Made by a program: the position numbers and the translations under genes. The notes beneath the pieces were generated by a model that was not told where the DNA came from, did not search any database, and was given only the letters and a program-made list of their open reading frames with translations. From Geosiphon pyriformis uo1 (Eukaryota > Fungi > Glomeromycota), in NCBI GenBank assembly GCA_016748015.1, contig JAAOMT010000502.1, positions 310,001 to 374,000 of the forward strand: 64,000 nucleotides of DNA, given 5' to 3'. Positions 39,678 to 53,740 of the stretch are shown piece after piece (within the stretch, counting starts at the first letter, position 1; every line of letters begins with the position of its first letter).

Positions 39678-41612
39678 TTAAGCTGGTTTCCACGTTTTTC
39701 CAGCATCCTCGTATTCACCTGGATGTTGATTTTTCAACGAGTTACATGAGTTCACACGGCTATCGAGATTTTTAGGAATCCATCCATTATTCTGAAATAA
39801 AAGAAATTATAAGTGATTCATTCAACTTGAATAAAAAGGGTAGAAAGGCTCATCTTAAATTAACATACCACCCCAAACTGATAATCCCATTTTGGATTAA
39901 CATTTTTTTCAGTTTTCCATGTCCAAAAGAACCATCCACCTCCAGCTTCAAATGCCTCTATTTGTAGTTCACTCAATGCTAATTGATAATCCTTTTTCTC
40001 TTTCGACCATGACTGCCAATTATTTTGATCCTCACAAGGCCTATTTTTCCATCCAGAGTTTTTATATATAAGACTCTCGGATCCAACACCATTTATGTAT
40101 TTCCCACAATCATCTGTAGTCGCAGCCCATGCACTAACAATACTAGGAGCATAGTTATTACTTTTAGCTAATTCGGGTTTCCATTTCACACAAGGGTAGG
40201 CGAGTAATTCATATTCATTATTTTTGTATAAGTCTTTATCAAATACTAAAAAATTCTGAACACCTGTTGAAAGGGTAAATAGTTTTGTTAATTTTATCAG
40301 AATTGAAAATTTTAATACATCCTTAATGTTTTGGCTTACCTATAATTTTTTTATCAAGAGTCGCCAACATATTAATGTCCGACCAAATCTTAAGTCCGAT
40401 TTTTCCTTCGCCAAAAACAACATAAGGTTTTTGATTGCTACTATTATAAGCATCTTGCATTACATCATAGACTTGTCTGTAAAATTCGGTTAAATTTCCG
40501 ACTATACTTCGAGCATCTGGATTGTCAGCTGGGCTAAATAACGGAGTTACATGACTGTAACTTTCATCCTTGAAAAAATTTGCGAGAGCTCTCATCATAT
40601 TTAAAGTTCTAAGGGTACTGTTGTTAGACTCCAAATGAATCAGCTGGCCTTAAAATCATTAAATAAAAAGTTAGGAAGACATTTGCTACGTTTTCTTTAT
40701 GGATAAAAATCGGGAGAAATACATGCCTTTTTCATCGCCACCCGGTACAACATGCAAATCAATATATACCCTAAGACCATATTTCCTTGCCCAATTTATC
40801 CCTCTTAATAAGAATTGCCAGCTCACAAGTGGTACATACGGTTCGTCTAATTTTTTTAATGTTTCAATAGCCCAGAATCCAATCGGAATTCGTACATGAT
40901 TCAAACCAAAATTTCTCATCTGTTCAAAATCTGTTTCATTGATAAATTCATTGTAATGTTTAATTAATCTCTCTTTGGCTTCTCCAGGCTGCATTAACTT
41001 CACCAGGTCCTTTTCATTTTTCATTTTTTCGTTAAAAAAGGATGGCGTAATAAATGGTTCAAGCACTAACCAACCACCCAAATTGACTCCTCGTATTGGA
41101 GGATTCGAACCTCCATAAGAAAATGGTTGGTTCAAAGGTGGAGTTCTATCATTTGGTCTTTTTGAATCATCAAAGGTGCTTTTTTCTATTATCATAAATG
41201 AAGGATCGAGAGCTGGAAGAATCGGTACACCAAGTTTATCATAAACCACATTCGTTGGATAATTGAAGTTGAAGTTGGTTATTTTGGTTGGCTGAGTTGT
41301 TGATTTTGAAGGTTCTTGAGTTGATGAGTACTTTTTTCTAGGTCGAATTACCAAAAATAAAATGCCACCAATTATCACAAATAACGTGACAATAAATCCT
41401 AATATCAATTTTGACCGATTTCGTTTTAGTACATTTGTAGACTTTTCAGAAGGTTCTCTTGAAATGATTGAGATATCTCCCAGCTTTTGTAATAAAGAAG
41501 AAGGAATTAAATATGGTGAGTCTTCTTGAATTTTCACAAGCTGTTCTGTACTCAGTTCAGCAGCAAAGTCGCCGCCATGAATTTCTTCTGTTATTGCATA
41601 CGGATGTTCCAT
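39678..41612 (-). CDS. Membrane-anchored GH5 (exo-beta-1,3-glucanase-like, Exg2/ExgD-type architecture) homolog, 567 aa, predicted catalytically inactive; exons 41612-40727, 40648-40340, 40263-39869, 39791-39678
   Basis: Cytoplasmic N-tail, single TM (LILGFIVTLFVIIGGILFLVI), S/T/P linker, then IRGVNLGGWLVLEPFITPSFF, GLNHVRIPIGFW, WARKYGLRVYIDLH, DCGKYINGVG, GWFFWTWKTE..WDY. Intron 1 is GC-AG. Confidence 0.9.
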
Positions 41613-44600
41613 TTAACTAAAATATTTCGATTTAAATTATATCAAGAATGAATTATCAAAATGTTGTATTTTTGACTGTATAATTTTCATATTTTTTTTA
41701 AAAAGTTGTTCGAAAAATAGACGAACATAAATGGAGAACCAAGTGATTTTAGAGGAGAAAAAAGAGAAAAATTAATCAATCGGAAAATTGGTGAAAACAA
41801 GAAACATTGACACAATGCAGTTATCCTTAAGATAGGAACAGTAAATATTTAGGTAATTTTAACTGGGATTCTTTTTATAGCCATAATATTCATTAAAATT
41901 AGTTCAAATATCAGGTTTACTTTATTCCTAGCCCAACAAAATATTTAGCCGATAATTTCCAAAAATAGTCCCTTTTATTCCGAAGGGAACTCACATGTCA
42001 ACTTTTTAGAAATTCTTTTCCATCTAAACCATGATAATTAATTGGTCCTTTACCTAGCCGCAGCTTCTAAATCAGTAACTGCCATACAAAATACATTTAC
42101 CAATATAGAAAATTCATTGAAAAAACAATTGCAGTGTATTATAAATGAGACTTATACTTTGTGGCGTAGACTAAAGCTTGTAATACGAGAAGCTGTCTCT
42201 ATCGTCTTGAATGTGAAAAATAAATCTTCATTTTATAGGGTTGTACAAAATTCAAATATCGATGAACGCGCAAAGCCAGTATCAGGTTCCTAATAGCTGG
42301 AAAAGCCCAGAAGAAGACCAGGGCCACAGAATAAAGATGAAATGAATAAATTCGTAATGAAGACTCAAGTTCAGATGATAAGGTAAAGAGAAAGTTAAGA
42401 ATTTCCCATTCGACTAAGTATTTTATTTTGCGTATATAAATTCATTTGGCGAACCTCATTTTAAAAAAAGTGTTGTAGTCTTTTCAATATTTTTAGCGTA
42501 GTTATCTGGTAACATTCTCTTAAATTATGCTTCTCGTTTCTTTTGTTTGTTTGGATGTTTTTTCTATTTTAAATTCTTAAAGAATGCTTTAACTTGATTT
42601 TTGTCATAGTAAAACATACCATTGTTGCGTTAGAAAAATGACAATAATAAAACATTTAGTGATATAAGGTGTATAAAACCCCTAGAATTTCAACAATACT
42701 AAAGGGAAATTCAATTCCTGGTTTTATCGTGTGCTAATGAATTAATCCAAACGATAAGCCTTAAAACGTCTGAGGCGTTTTAATCTCTGAAAGGTGTTTT
42801 ATTTATCACGCGGTTTACTTCTTGATTCAAAAATGAAACGCCTCATTAAAGATTACAATCATTTCTTTCCCTTAAAATGTGTTTTGATTTTTTTCATTGA
42901 GATTATTATTTAAAAAAAAGTTGATTTATTTCATATAAAATTTATTAATCTTTTGTTTCTATCCAGTTAAACTTCAAAGAGGTGCAATAGATAATAAAAT
43001 ATATATCAAAATTTAAAATTAGGCATAAATTTTCTCAAAAAACCTTTCCAATGTTGTTTCAATAAAAATAACTAGGTTGAATGGTAAAAAAAGGAAATAG
43101 ATAAAGTTCAAAAACATTTCCAAGTTTCAAAAAAAAAACTTTTAATGTTGATAGTAATATAAAAATATTATAAATAAGTTTGAGATTCGTGAAAACAGAT
43201 AAAAGTTTAATGAGAAAATTCATTAAAAATGTTAATAGCTAGTTATATCTAAATATTATTTCTTTTAAATTAATATATTGAAAATAATTGTTTTATTTTT
43301 AATTAAAAATAATTTTAAACTATAAACGACTTGGAAAGAAACAGAAATTAAATGAATCAATAAACTAAGAATATTATGTATTATCAAAGATTTGTTTGAT
43401 ATAACATTTTGTTTATTTTTATTCCAAACACGGATTTTATAGCAAAAACTTTTGGCATTATAGCTGTAATAACAAAAAAAATTAATTTATATAAATAATT
43501 TTTAATTCTGAAATACAAAATATAGAACATTGACCAAAATTTTTTTATTTTTTTGTTGAATTTATTGAATTAAACATAATTTTTAGTTTTTTTATTAACT
43601 TTGTACACGTACTTATTTGCAAAATCTATTTTTGAATATAACTAAAGCATGATTATTTTATGAGTCAAATTAAATAATTTTCAAAAACTCTGAAAGTAAA
43701 TAAAAGAATTAATTAGTTTTTGCATTTATTTATAATTTCAAAAATTATTATTATAATATAAATATTTTTTTCTGAGTTTTTTATATTTAATTATGATATT
43801 ACATTTCTTAAAAATCAGTAATCAGTAATCAGAAATCAGAAATCATCACATATATTAAACCATGTTTGATTTGTTTTGATCAAAGTTCATGAGTAATTTA
43901 CATCAATATGATTTGGAAGAGAAACCTATTAACCCAAAGTCACATAGCTTTTTCAAAATCAAATTCATTGCGAGAAGTTTTGATATGATAAATACAAAAT
44001 TTTCAGTACTTAAGCCTTTTGCGTGAAATCAACTGAAAAAAAATTATTTGCTTTTGCTAAAGCCTATAGGTTTTTTATATGACTCTCTCGATATTTTTAT
44101 AAAAAAACTTTTTTGGATACTTTTCCTAACTTTTTTTAATAATTTAGCTGCTATCTCACTTGAATGTTTATTTTACTGCACTGTATAATTTGGCTTTTTA
44201 TCATCTTTTTATATCTTAGTATTTTTAACAATTCTATCTCATGAGAAACCAAGTGTTCATAATATTATGAAAGAATTATAGTAAAAACGATTATTTGTAA
44301 TATGGTTAAATCTTTTCATGCTCAGAATATTATCATTGGATATGAGAAACGAGATTCTGCCGCCGGTTTTATCGAATTCTTTTCGGATGGTTTTGAAATT
44401 TCTGCCTCATGAAACTACAAGTTTTACATTTTAAATTGTATGGCATGCTTTTCACGTTTGCAATCGGGAAATCACGGTGAACAACTAAAATGCCTCACCG
44501 ATATAGCCATCCCGTGTATGTTTCTCTGAATGATAGACCAAAGGCTTTTTTTCATGTGTGTAAGTGGGAAGATGCATTGAAATTTGCATATGGTACGGTA

Positions 44601-44975
44601 ATACCAATGCATGCAGGCTCATGAACCTTTAGGGATGTCAAAAATTTACACTGGAAAATGTTTGGCCTCCGAGCATCAGGTAGAGATAATCATCTGCTAT
44701 AATTTTTGAAAATGGCAGATACTTGCGTGAGAAGTCTCTTCGTTCCTATTAGTTAATTCTCCCTTCGTTTAAATTTGTCATGGTCACTGTCAGCTGTGTC
44801 GATTCTATCCTTGGTTTTGTCTTATATCTTCTCGGAAGAAGAAAAGAAAAGGGTTATTCAAAAAATCCGCTCAACCCGTCAACAAAGGCAAGTCAATATT
44901 TTGAATGCATGTCTATTTTCTGTTTATTAAGTTATTAAAATCTGAGAAAATAAATAGAAAAATGACACATTTATA

Positions 44976-46335
44976 ATGAATCATGGACCCACACTTGTAA
45001 TTCATGGCGGTGCTGGATTGATGATTCGTAAAAATTTTCCTCTAGAGGAACAACGAAAGTATTTAGACGCCCTAGACGAATCTTTGCGAGCAGGAAATGC
45101 CATTTTGCTTGCGGGTGGAAGCTCCATTGATGCTGTTGAAACAGCCGTCAGGGTTTTAGAAGGTAAAAGAATGAAAATTAGAATGTTTTGAATGTTTTGG
45201 CTAACTAAATTTCTTTTATTATCATTAGACTGTCCACTTTTCAATGCTGGTAAAGGTTCTGTTTTTACAATTGGAGGCAAGGTAATGAATTCATCATCAA
45301 ACAACATTTACTATGAGATATTTCATAAAAATTACGTTTTTAATTATAGAACGAGCTTGAGGCCTCAATTATGATCGGGACAAAAATTCATCCAGCTGGA
45401 GCATGTACTTTGCTTCACACTGTGAAAAATCCTATTTCTTTGGCGAAAACAATTTTGCTTGATCCGAAAAATCCTCATGTTTTCCTCGGTGGTGAAGAGG
45501 CAGAGAAATATGCCAAAACAAATGGATTAGAAATTGTTGATCCGGGTTACTTTTGGACTAAGAGTCGTTGGGAACAGCATAAAAGAAGGCTAGAAAAAGG
45601 AAAAGGAATTTCGCTTGCATTTGAAGATTCAATAAACCTTCCTTCCCTACGAAGTAAGAATGATAATTTCGACTATTACCCAAAAGGAACCGTTGGTGCT
45701 GTCGCCGTTGATATAAATGGAATAATTGCTTCGGCTACATCGACTGGTATTCTCTGAACTTTTAAGTTTTCTATTTAACTTAATGCTTTTGTACATAACC
45801 CTACATTTTTTGCTTTTGCAGGTGGCTTAACTAATAAAAAAGATGGACGGATCGGTGATACTCCATTAATCGCATGTGGAACGTGGGCAGACAACGAAAC
45901 TTGTGGTGTTAGTGGGACAGGCGATGGAGAGGTCAGGCAAAGGTGTTAATGTTTAATTAAATCTCCAATACAATTCTGACATTTAAATGGTTTCGAATCA
46001 AGTTTTTTATTCGTTATGGTATCGCTCAGGATGTTGCGGCACGTATGAAATACCTTGGGGAAAATGTTTCCCAAGCTGCCTCTACCGTGATTGAGAATGT
46101 AAAAAAAGTTGGTGGTGAAGCTGGTGTGATTGTTTTGGACAAATATGGCAATGGTAAGTCTATATCAAGTTGAACTTGTGACCATTCAAAAGGCTAACTT
46201 CTGTTTGATTATTACTTTTTTGAATCAATTTTTTTAGTCGCTATGCCTTTCAATTCTCTTGGAATGTATAGAGGATATATTCGGACTTTTGAGGGCGTGC
46301 CTCATATGGCAATCTTTGATGAGATGACGAATTGA
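44976..46335 (+). CDS. Isoaspartyl peptidase / type-2 L-asparaginase (Ntn hydrolase); exons 44976-45162, 45229-45281, 45350-45746, 45822-45931, 46003-46153, 46238-46335
   Basis: [38 protein letters not shown], nucleophile [46 protein letters not shown]. Confidence 0.95.
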
Positions 46336-47824
46336 ATTGCGGATGAGAGATTTTAAAAAACCTTCGTTTTAAATTCATTTTATTTTTTGATAAAATCTAT
46401 GAAATATAAAAATGGTTCTAAAATCTCTGAATATCAATCGCATATTGAAATAAATTAGTCCAAGATTCTTGAGAAGATTTTCATTAATCATCAGTTTAAT
46501 ATGTGAGCTTCAAAAATTCTTATTACCGCCTTATTTAATTTTAGAACCGAGAATAAGAGCGATGAATTCTAAAAATACTGATTTAAGATTTTTTAAATTT
46601 TATAATATTTTCACTTGAACTTTTACGCTTATTAGAATTAATTTTATGATTCATACGGGTGCTGCGGTTATATTAGGAATAGGTAGAAGCAAAGCTTATG
46701 GAACTTTTTTTTGAAAGAAAATTAGTGGAAAGATATATAATTAACATCGTATACTTTGTCGAGTAGAAGAAGTCAACTAATAACTAATTAATTAAATTCT
46801 TATAGTTATAAAAATTTAAAGTTTAGTGATAATGAAAAAATTTTGTCAATTACTATTTGATTTTTGAAAGTCAGTAAAAATTGAACTTGTTTTTAATAAA
46901 TAAATTAATAATATTACATTTTAATATTCATCATAAAAAAAATTTATGTAATTTATTTTGATAATTCTAAACACAAAAAATTTGTTGTTAAGTTGTCATC
47001 CAATGAGGCATATGACTGTGGTAACATAAAGAAGCCTTGATCCTTTCCTAAAGGTAGTGATGCCTAGTTATTTTTCTAAATTTTCTTAAATTTGCACTTT
47101 ATACATGTAGTGCCTTGCGAGTAGAAAAAAATACAAATCTGTAATTGAACAAAGGCAATTAAGAAATCAATAAATTGGGTTGTTCTTAGACAAATAATCC
47201 GTTACTCTAGGATAATAACTAGCCATTTTTGGTGGCTCTTTAATGGCTGAGCTATTTAATGTGAACCAACCTTCACAAAAATCTGGTTAAAAATAGTATA
47301 GCGAAAGAGGGAAGGACACCATATCTTGAAAGCCGGGATTTCGGTCAAGTGAAGCGTTGAGGTGGAAATCGAAAAAAATACCATCTGCAACACATAGATA
47401 AGATTGGCAAACGTGATGTCACATGCTCACTTTATCTGGTTTATTTAAAATAATGGTTATCATATTATTTTAAAAATAAAATGATTGTTATTATCATTAA
47501 AGATAGAATTATAAAATCTAACAAATAAAAATCACATGGATTACAATTATTTGATAATTTATTTCAAAACCCGTATCTAGCATTAACGCTGTTTCCGGCA
47601 AAACCAATTCATCACTCACTATAGTATCAAATTTTTCTGAATCAGAGGATTTTAAAATGATAAAAATAAATTTTTCCTAACATAACTATTTGAAAGCACA
47701 TCTTTTGCCTTTTGCGACACTAAATAATACTCTAGAAAATAATCTCCTTCTAAATTATCGAATATTGAAAGTGAATTTCTTTAAAGTAAGGCACCTTGGA
47801 ATATTTAAAAAAATCTAAGACTCT

Positions 47825-48337
47825 TGAAAGATAAAAACAAAATCCTTGATGTGCTTAAATAGAAAACTTTTTATTCTCTATGCTTATTCAAAAAACGAGG
47901 TGTTTAATAGCTATCCCAACCTAGTTTGAAGAAGTTCCTTTAATGTTTCATTCTCTTTCTTGAGTTTTTCATTTTCTTCTTTCAATTGCATGATGAAAGA
48001 TAAAAGTGAGTTAATTTCACTAAGATTTTCTGTTTGGCCTTGACTGTTAATCCTCTGATCTGTTAAATTCGAATTAGGAATAGATGTGAAGGATTGATTT
48101 TGGTTCAAGGGTAAAAGTGGTTGATTATTTAGCTTAAAGATTCCTGGTGTATGATCTGTTACAATCATTTCGTCAAGAAGTGGGTTCATAATGTCTTCAA
48201 AATTTTGAGTCCCCAAAGGATCAAAAGAGGAAAGTTCTCGGGGAAGATTCAAAAGGAAATTTTCAAGTGAAGCATAGTTTGAATTAAATCTTTCATTAAA
48301 AATATCTTTTGCATTTCTAGCGAAGTCTTTTTATGCA
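47825..48337 (-). pseudogene. Inverted partial duplicate of the HMG-box gene (3' part plus 3' UTR; most of the HMG box missing)
   Basis: Matches 59599-60093. Near-identical from TQNFEDIMNP through LQTRLG* and the UTR; the 5' edge has indels/frameshifts and no ATG or upstream part. Confidence 0.9.
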
Positions 48338-50796
48338 CTCTTGGCACTCAAATATATTGATCAATAATCTTTAAAGAAATAATTAATATAAAATATTTTA
48401 TTATTTTCATTTCAAATAATTATAAAATAATACACCTTTACATGTTTTATAATATCCAACATGTTGTAATTTTTGATGTAATCTTCCAATAATTTCATAT
48501 AAACTATCTTTTAAATACATTATTTTTTATAATTTTTTATCTATTATATGAGTAGTATTATTAATAATTATTAATGACGAAAAATGTTTATAAACTCAAT
48601 TTTTTAAAGTAATAGGATGGTTTTTAGATTCAGAATTAGATAAAATTTCTTGAATTTGATTTTTTATTTATTGTGTAATTAAAGCCTTTTCTTGATGTTT
48701 AGAAGATAAAGAATTTAAATATTTATTTAGAATATTATTAAAATTTTCAAGCGAAATAAAATTGAATTAATTTGAAGTAATTTTTAACGATTTAAAGAAG
48801 ATGTGAAGATCTTTGAATTACAAAAATCTGTGTAAAATATGTATAATTTAACCAATCAAATTAATATTACAAGTCCTAGATATTACTATTACTAGTTGAA
48901 TTTTTATTACCTATATTAATATGGGCTAGCCCAAATTAAATTTTTATTTTGGCTAGATATCGATCAGTCCATTATTAATTTGGTTCGATTTTCATTTTTA
49001 GTCTAGAACATATATGCGCGATAAGATTTACGAAACTGAGTAATTTACAATTAAATAACTTTTTTCCTTTCGCTTTGCAAAATAATAAAACTCATCATTA
49101 AATTTTTTAAATGATATCATACATAGTCCCATAGAACTTAACAAACACTCAATCAACTGTTAAATACAGTCTTAGAAAGTTGAAGGAAACATGAAGTATT
49201 GGACATAGAAGAGTTAGTGACCATTCTAAAAGATTGGAGGATTATTAAAAAGTACTATGTGGAATACACTGAGATATTGAGCTAATTTTCAGTTCAAATA
49301 TTTTTCTCAATAAAAAACAGTGGTTGATGAATGGCAAAGAAAAATTCAAAAGTTTTATAAGCAACTTTAACGTCTTTCATCAATAAAATTTCATTGAAAA
49401 TATAAAACTCTCCGCAATAATTGAAAATTTAATGATTGATTTCGAAATCAAAAGAAAGATGAAATCTTAACTAATTTTGGCATATCTTATTTTGGTGTCA
49501 GGGCTCCAAGCCTATTTTTTGTTGCTAAATTTTTTTAAAAAATTTAAAAGCTCATTTGATTTATCCTTTTGATTTTCTCAATAGTTGAATCTATTTATAT
49601 TAACCAATTTTATTTAAAGTAACCTACTTTTACGTTGATAAACATTAAAAACGTGAATGAGGTGTAAATTATTCAAAATTTATTTCCTCGCTATAATTTA
49701 TAAGTTACTTGCGGGAACTAATTGCTTTATGTGTGGTTGAATGGTTAACACTAATAAATTTTAAATTTAACATTAAAACTTAAATTTTTTTTACATATAG
49801 TCAAATTCCTAATGCAATTTAATTTTATTTCATAATATTTCTATCAATTATTTTAAAAATCTTTATTTGTTGTGATTAGGACAAATTTTTTAAATCAACA
49901 ATTAAACTTAATTACTATAAAAAACCATAACTGATTCAACATTTTGAATATTTTCCCAAGCAGCTAAAAAAAGGTTTAATTTATCTTTTTTTTTTTTTTT
50001 TACAAATGAAAGCAATCAAAGTCTTTAGTTTATTAAGTTATTAGTCCCAGGTTATAGTTTTACAATGTTAAATCTCAATAAATTTGATTATGAAACATTT
50101 TATGCGTCATATGTACTCCTATATGCAACATCGAAGAGGGAGGGACTGTAAAATCAAATAACACGTTAATTATTCCTTCGCAAAAAATTTTACCAGAAAA
50201 TTTTCATGTTAAATGATTCTAAGATGTTCCTAAATCGGAAAAATCTAGATGAGTTTAATTAGTAGAACATCTACTTTGGTCACCTTTCAAACAATAGATT
50301 ATATTCTTGTCTCAAACTCTATTATAAGGATACCTATTGAATCTATAATTAAAATAGTATCCCTGTTTTAAGATAACCAGTTTTACTTCAAATTTAGCTA
50401 AATTTACGCCAATATATTGTGCATCATTATTTAAACATTCATCATTCGTTTAAAGTGAGTAGTTTGTGCATTTAGCCTCATGCAATATGTCATAGATCGT
50501 TCTCAAGAGCAGATTATGAAATTATTAAAACTTGAACTGAGAATTTATAATTTATACAGACATGCTCGACTATAATTACTATTTAAACTTTTTCCACAAT
50601 ATTAAAAAGTCTTACTAATATTAATTGAGCTAAAACGCATTTAGTCCAATGAAACTTTTTGAAGATCAGGGGAAAATAAAGCATTTGAATTTTAGTATAA
50701 CTAGCGAGCAATCTCAAAAATAAAATTGGCTTCAACTGATGTATAATCCAAATTTTTACTTCAAAAAATAGCAGATCTAAAAATCTATTTCTTAAA

Positions 50797-52303
50797 ATGC
50801 ATGCAGTGAATTCCGAGTGCAAACTTACAATAATACAAGTTGGTGAAACATACGGAGAAAAAAAACTATTTGAAGCAAGTTCTTTCATATTAAAAGAGCG
50901 ATCAGAATATTTCAATACAGCATTATCGAGTCAATGGGCAATCAGGAAAGGAGAAAATTACTTTTTTCGAAAGCCAAATATCTCATCAAAAGTTTTTGAA
51001 ATGTTATTAAGGTGATTACTTAAAAAAAATTTTTAGATACAAAGATTTTTCTTTGTTAAATGAAATATTTGATTAATGTCAGATTTCACTTTTCTCTAGA
51101 TCTATTTATCATGAAGTTGTCGATTTAATCAGATATGATTCCTTGACGTGGCTAGAACTTTTGATAGCAGCCGACGAAATGATTTTTGAAACACTACTCA
51201 ACGAAATCCAAACATTTTTCATTCAAAACACAAATCTCTGGATTAACCTTTACCTAGTACAAGTTCTTAACACTGTGTTTCCACGAATAGCTTGTTCACG
51301 CCTACGAAATTATTGTATCGAAGAAATAATAGAACGTGATGCGTCCAAACTTTTTAATTCTCCAAAATTTATTCAGGTTGAAGTACCAATTTTATTGGAA
51401 ATTCTAGTCCGAGACGAGATTGGAATTCATGAAATTGATCTTTGGAAAAGTTTGGTTAGTTGGGGGCTTGCTCATCCTTCGGCTGAGCAACTCAAAATAA
51501 ATGAAAAGACGTTGAAAGAAAATGAAATGAATCACTTTCAATTAAAAAAATCATTTATTGATTTTATACCTTTTATTCGCTTCTTTCATATTTCGTCAGT
51601 TGATTTTGAAAAATCCGTGAAACAATATGTTGAAATCCTGCCAGAAACTCTGGTTAGTCAGTTGAGCAGATACCACTTTTCTAATTTCCAACCAGAAATG
51701 ACAGAGTTATTACCTTCACGAATTCCTCCAATCCTAATTGACTCCAATATAATTCGTCCTAAACATGCGGCACAAATTGTCGCTTGGATAGAAGGAAAAA
51801 CTGATTTTCATGATATTAAAACTGATCTTCTTTCATCATATCGATTTAAAAGAATTTATCGGTCAAGTGATCAAGGAATCTCTGGAAAAAGCTTTCACAA
51901 AAACTGTGATAAATCCGGCCCAACAATTGTAGTGGTAAAATTAAAAGGCACTGATCAAATCTTGGGTGGTTATAACCCAATTCGAAATGGATGGCAAAGA
52001 GTCTGGTTTTCAACAAATCGGGATAAAAAATCGGGGTTCTTATTCTCTTTCGATAACGGAAAAAATTTGCAAGGTGCTCAATTAAGCAAGATTATAGAAC
52101 ATCAATTCGCGACGTATGATCATCCATGGGATGGTCCGTGTTTTGGGGTAGGTCCTGATTTATGGATTAGTATTAATAATAAGCAACGGATCGGGCAATC
52201 GATCAGAAAAACATATCAAGAACGCTTAAGAGCCAAGGAAGGATTCTTCTTTTGGGATGATTGGGAGGTGTTCCAGATTGGGAAAAATGACAATTTCAAC
52301 TAG
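50797..52303 (+). CDS. BTB/POZ-BACK-TLDc domain protein, 472 aa; exons 50797-51011, 51100-52303
   Basis: IIQVGE..KLFEASSFILKERSEYFNTALSSQW..FRKPNISSKVFEMLL (BTB); EIDLWKSLVSWG..IRFFHIS (BACK); IYRSSDQG..FHKNCDKSGPTIVVVK..ILGGYNP..GPCFG..WEVFQI (TLDc). Confidence 0.92.
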
Positions 52304-53703
52304 TAAAATTTAAAAATCTTTATTCATGAAATGTTTGAAAGTTATGCTGTTTGAGAAAATGATTATGTAATTATTTAGAAAATTAGTAGTCACATATTTT
52401 CCATCACTTAGACATCTTTAAATTATGATTGATGCGAATTTTATATTTTACAATACTGAAAAGGGAATAAAACCTGAAATTTTCAAAGAATTTCTTTAAA
52501 AATCTCTTCTGCATAGCCAAAATTTGAAGGAAAAACTTAATACATAACTTAAAAAATAAAATAAAAAAGTTTTGTTATATTTTTGAAAAACTTACTTCTA
52601 AAAACATACTGTATATCACAAAAAGTTATGAAAGTACAAATTCCAAACTTATTTTCAAAAAAAACCATGTTAAACAACCTATAAAAGTTAACATGCAAAA
52701 TCAAAAGGAAGTTGTGAAAATAATTAAGGATCTGTTAAAAGTTTCAAAATTTTGAAAAGTAAAAGTGATAAATGGTCAGTGTTTTCTTCAAAAATGCTAA
52801 ACCTTCTGGAGAATTAAGAATTAATATGACTTACCATAACATATAAAATTACATTTTCAGCTCTTGATACCTAATTAAATTTTTAATAAATTATGATTCT
52901 TTTCATTGATATATATTTTTCAAACACTGTCCAAGTGATTTTACTTTATAATAAGAAAAATTGAAATTTGCTTTGATCAAACTTTAACTTCTGCTAAATA
53001 TTCAAGCTGATAAAAAATTTCAATAAATTTTTCAACGAAAAGTAAACTAATTTGAGTTTGCTTTACAGCAATTCTGAATAATAATATATAGTTGAAAATA
53101 CGATTTTAAAAAGCTAAACTTAGATTCTCTCAAAAAAAATTTAAAATCTCTTTACAAAAATTTGTTTCTCTTTTTAAAAAAAAAATCTTAATAATACAAA
53201 TTATTAATGATTACCCCTCCTCCCCCAAAAAAAACTGAAAACTGAAAACTAAAATTATAAAAATAAAAATTTAAAAGTGTTCATCTTTTAAAAAGTAATT
53301 TCGATTATAAAATTTTAATGTTTTTAAATTTTTTTCTAAAATATAATTAAATTAAAAACAAAAACAGTTCAATTAAATCTTTAAAAAATTACAATATCAA
53401 AACTATGAATGCAATAAAAATATTTGAAAAGATAATTTTGTCATCATTTAAAACATTAGAAAGACATGTGAAAATTAAAAAAGAAACTTTTGTTAATAAA
53501 TAAAGCAAAACTAATATATATATCTAATTTAATGCCATTTTTCAAAAAGAAAAGGGTTCCAAATTTCTAATTGAAATGAAAATTTTACTAGCAGCCATAG
53601 ATTCATGCAAATCAAATCAATTTTGCCTTTAGTTTGTCAAATATAAAAATCTGATATTAAAGCAGACCGTGTATATATCTACTTTGTATAAGTTGATTTC
53701 AAA

Positions 53704-53740
<37 letters not shown>

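Noticed and set aside
42042-42380. 83-aa ORF upstream of GH5
   Set aside because: No ATG start, motif or splice structure supporting a gene.
44340-44900. GC-richer region upstream of the asparaginase as a possible snoRNA/ncRNA
   Set aside because: No convincing C/D or H/ACA box arrangement; may be promoter or relic sequence.
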